From an uncultured Chloroflexia bacterium (lineage in GTDB: Bacteria; Chloroflexota; Limnocylindria; Limnocylindrales; CSP1-4): a stretch of DNA of 64,000 bases. The DNA is taken from the NCBI GenBank assembly GCA_963749705.1, contig CAVVNQ010000015.1, positions 128,001 to 192,000 of the forward strand, given 5' to 3'. Each line of letters starts with the position of its first letter. Positions within the stretch are counted from its first letter, which is position 1. The position numbers and the translations under genes were made by a program. Positions 61,199 to 64,000 of the stretch are shown one piece after another. The notes beneath the pieces were generated by a model. That model did not search any database. It had not been told where the DNA came from and saw only the letters and a program-made list of their open reading frames with translations.

Positions 61199-62917
61199 TC
61201 AGCCGCCCCCCGCGGTGCCACCGAACAGGGCGTCCCAGGCCGAAAACGCGCCGGCGCGCCGCGCGGCACGGACCGCGCTGTTCGCGTCCCACTGGGCGAC
61301 GAAGGTCGCGAGCACGTCACCCGCGTCGAGCGTCGTTCCATCCTGGAACGTCACCCCCTTGCGCAGCGTGCACGTCCACACGCTCGCGTCGCTGCCGGCC
61401 GTGCACCGCGTCGCCAGCCCGGGGACGACGTCCATCGTGCCCGGAGCAAACCGGTACAGCGGCTCGGTGATCAGCGAGCAGGCGCGGTACGCATCGGGTG
61501 ACGAGGCGTCGGCGCAGTAGGCGCCGCCGGGGTCGGTCGCCTGCATGAACACCAGCTGCGGTCGGTCGCCCGGCGTGAACGAGCCGAGCGGATCGATCCC
61601 GAGCGGTGACGCGACCACGCCGGTCACGTCCGAGCGGAACGCGGTCACGCTGCCCGGATGCGCGAGCGGGATCAGGGGGACCAGGCTCCGGATCGCGTCA
61701 TTTGCCCGCTTGAGCCCCGCCTGGCGTGCCGCCGGGTCCACGCTCGACGCGATCGACGCCAGCGACGTCGCCACGGTCGGGGCACGTCGCGCGGGGGTGG
61801 CCGCGGTTCCCGGTCCGAGGACTGCGCCGATCGCATCGGTCGCGTCGACGACGCCGTCGGTCGTGCCGCCCAGGTAGAGGCCGTCGATGCCGCCGTCGGC
61901 GATCCGCGCGGCCAACGTCGCCGCATCCATCACGTCGATCTCCGTCGACAACCCGAGGCTGTCGAGCAGCTCGGCCTGGAGCGCGAGCGCCACCGCTCGC
62001 GGGTCGGGGAGGCCGGGGACGGGCCGGTCGGGCACGTGGAGCGGATACGTCGCGCGAAGGTCGAAGGATGTCGCCGCGAGGTCCGCCGCCGCGGCGGGCC
62101 CGTTGTACGGGTACCAGTCGTCTCCCACGCAGGCGCCGGCGAGCTGGCACGGCGCGAGGTGGGTGGCCACCGTCGAGCCGGCGGGAAACGCACTCTCGAC
62201 GAGGGCGTTGCGGTCGATCGCGCCCGCGATCGCCTGCCGGACGCGAACGTCATCGAAGGCGGGATCGCTGCCGAACGCGAGGTACGCCGTCGACAGCCCG
62301 GCCCGCGGGACCATCGCGACCTCCGGCAGCGTGTCGAGGTCGTCGATCTGGGCCGGGCCGGGTGCGTCGATCCCGTCGACCGAGGCCGCCTTGAGCTCCG
62401 CGGCCCGCTGCGCCGGATCGGCGTTCCAGCGAAGGATCACGGTGGGCGTGTACGTGCCGGGAGCTGCGCCGTCCCCGGTCGCCGCGGCGAGGACCGCGTC
62501 GCCGCCCTCGTCCCAGCGCTCGATGCGGTAGGGCCCCGTGCCGGCGATCGAGCGTGCGGCACCGGGATCCGCGCCCAGCCGTTCGATGGTCGCTGAATCG
62601 AGGATCCCCAGCGCCGGGCTGGCGATCCGGGCGAGGAACGACCCGTCCGGGGCGCACAGCCGGAACCTGACCGTCAGCGCGTTGACCGCCTCGATCCGTC
62701 CGATGCGGCCGGTGTACCCGGGGGCGTCGCAGGCAGAACCGGCCGCAGGCCAGCTCGATGGGGAGAATGGGTTGTCAGTGACCGCCACCGTGGGTGTGGG
62801 CGAGGCGCCGTCGATCCGGCTTGTCGGTGACGCCGACGGCTCGGGCTCCGTCGCGCACGCCCCGACGAGGGCCGCGACGACCAGGAGAGCCGGCAGCGCG
62901 CGGCTCGCACGGGACAC
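61199..62917 (-). CDS. Family-5 ABC substrate-binding lipoprotein, circularly permuted
   Basis: Lipobox VGAC; GTGPYRI and VRVRQAIAGAIDR in the middle; PGLA..WTCTLRKGVTFQDG..DAGDV at the C-terminus. Confidence 0.85.
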   Translation of the reverse strand: MSRASRALPALLVVAALVGACATEPEPSASPTSRIDGASPTPTVAVTDNPFSPSSWPAAGSACDAPGYTGRIGRIEAVNALTVRFRLCAPDGSFLARIASPALGILDSATIERLGADPGAARSIAGTGPYRIERWDEGGDAVLAAATGDGAAPGTYTPTVILRWNADPAQRAAELKAASVDGIDAPGPAQIDDLDTLPEVAMVPRAGLSTAYLAFGSDPAFDDVRVRQAIAGAIDRNALVESAFPAGSTVATHLAPCQLAGACVGDDWYPYNGPAAAADLAATSFDLRATYPLHVPDRPVPGLPDPRAVALALQAELLDSLGLSTEIDVMDAATLAARIADGGIDGLYLGGTTDGVVDATDAIGAVLGPGTAATPARRAPTVATSLASIASSVDPAARQAGLKRANDAIRSLVPLIPLAHPGSVTAFRSDVTGVVASPLGIDPLGSFTPGDRPQLVFMQATDPGGAYCADASSPDAYRACSLITEPLYRFAPGTMDVVPGLATRCTAGSDASVWTCTLRKGVTFQDGTTLDAGDVLATFVAQWDANSAVRAARRAGAFSAWDALFGGTAGGG

Positions 62918-63159
62918 GCGGGGTTGCCTCCCGAACTGATCTCGATGAACACGCCGGTGGCGCCGGACCAGGTCGGCCGTCCGGGAGTCTCGGCGTGGCG
63001 ATCAGCCTAGCACCGTGGGCAGACCACGCCGGCGAGCGACCGGACGGGGTCCGCGGCCGCCGCAGCTCGACGGCGAGATCGCGCTGGTCGCTTCGACCCG
63101 GGCCGCGGTTTGGCCCACCGGCGGGTCGGTCCGCCGCCGGCGTGACTTAGACTCGCAGC

Positions 63160-64000
63160 GTGCAGCCACTCCGCATCGCCCTGGCCCAGATCGCCCCGCG
63201 CCTCGGGGATCTCGACGCGAACCTGGAGCAGCACCGGGACCTGGTGCATGACGCCCGGGCCGGTGGTGCCGGGCTGGTCGTGTTCCCGGAGCTGGGGCTC
63301 ACGGGCTACCTGCTCCAGGACCTCGCGTCCGAGGTGGCGATGCGCCTCGACGACCCGCGGCTCGCGACGCTGGTTGCGGCCACGACCGACGGCCCGTCGG
63401 CGATCATCTCGTTCGTCGAGGAGTCGGGCGACCATCGCCTGTTCATCGCGGCGGCGCTGGTCGAGGCCGGCGAGATCCGCCACGTCCACCGCAAGGCCCA
63501 CCTGCCGACCTACGGCCTGTTCGATGAGCGCCGGTTCTTTGCCCCCGGCAACGCGCTGCGCGCGGTGCCCTCGACGCTGGGGGTGGGTCTCGGGCTTGCG
63601 GTGTGCGAGGACTTCTGGCATCTGTCAACGGCGCAGCTGCTGGCGCTCGACGGTGCACAGATCCTGGTCAACGTGTCGTCGTCGCCGGGCCGCGACCTGG
63701 CGGCATCCAACGAGGTCGGGCTGGGAACGGCGACATCGTGGCGGACGCTGATGCGGACCTATGCGCAGCTCACGACGTCGTTCGTGGTGTTCTGCAACCG
63801 CGTCGGGGTCGACGAGTCGTTCTCGTTCTGGGGCGGGTCGGAGGTGATCGGGCCAAACGGTGCGGTCGTGTTCTCGGCGCCGATGTTCGAGGAGGGCCTG
63901 TTCTACGCCGACGTGGACCTGGCCGAGGTGCGACGCGAGCGGATCACGCTGCCGCTGCTGCGCGACGAGCGGCCGGAACTGGTCGCCAGGGAATGGCGCC
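63160..64000 (+). CDS. Nitrilase/carbon-nitrogen hydrolase family protein (3' end runs off the window)
   Basis: Manually translated: RIALAQ, FPELGLTGY, HRKAHLPTYGLFDE, VCEDFW (E-K-C triad), NRVG..FWGGS; TAGACT 6 nt before GTG. Confidence 0.88.
   Translation, partial: MQPLRIALAQIAPRLGDLDANLEQHRDLVHDARAGGAGLVVFPELGLTGYLLQDLASEVAMRLDDPRLATLVAATTDGPSAIISFVEESGDHRLFIAAALVEAGEIRHVHRKAHLPTYGLFDERRFFAPGNALRAVPSTLGVGLGLAVCEDFWHLSTAQLLALDGAQILVNVSSSPGRDLAASNEVGLGTATSWRTLMRTYAQLTTSFVVFCNRVGVDESFSFWGGSEVIGPNGAVVFSAPMFEEGLFYADVDLAEVRRERITLPLLRDERPELVAREWR

Overview
High-GC bacterial core-chromosome segment. Gene content (Cys-rich LysM protein, permuted SBP5, dcw cluster with sbp) suggests Chloroflexota, but this is inference only. 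In order, the window holds: (1) a Psp/Lia-type envelope-stress module (toast-rack, PspC, PadR, HAAS-like, GIDE-like); (2) a HAD/PlsC/UbiA lipid-related cluster; (3) parAB; (4) a propionyl-CoA carboxylase, methylmalonyl-CoA mutase and epimerase operon; (5) sucCD, icd, sdhCDAB; (6) rnhA and RNase P RNA; (7) a dcw cluster from mraZ to ftsZ-yggS-yggT-yggU; (8) tRNA-Val(CAC), acnA and gcvT-H-PA-PB; (9) an oligopeptide ABC operon, a second SBP and a partial nitrilase-family gene. No CRISPR, prophage or transposase was seen. The strongest unannotated signal is four near-copies of a 16-bp palindrome (consensus GTCTTTGCGCAAAGAC) clustered around parAB, with DnaA boxes upstream of parA and an atypical ParB recognition helix: a candidate ParABS system with a non-canonical parS. 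Also notable are a circularly permuted family-5 binding protein, a fold-back element between exact 36-bp direct repeats before rnpB, a small basic ORF inside the dcw operon, frequent leaderless gene starts, and two probable non-canonical start codons. All calls were made by eye without database searches, and start codons are best estimates.
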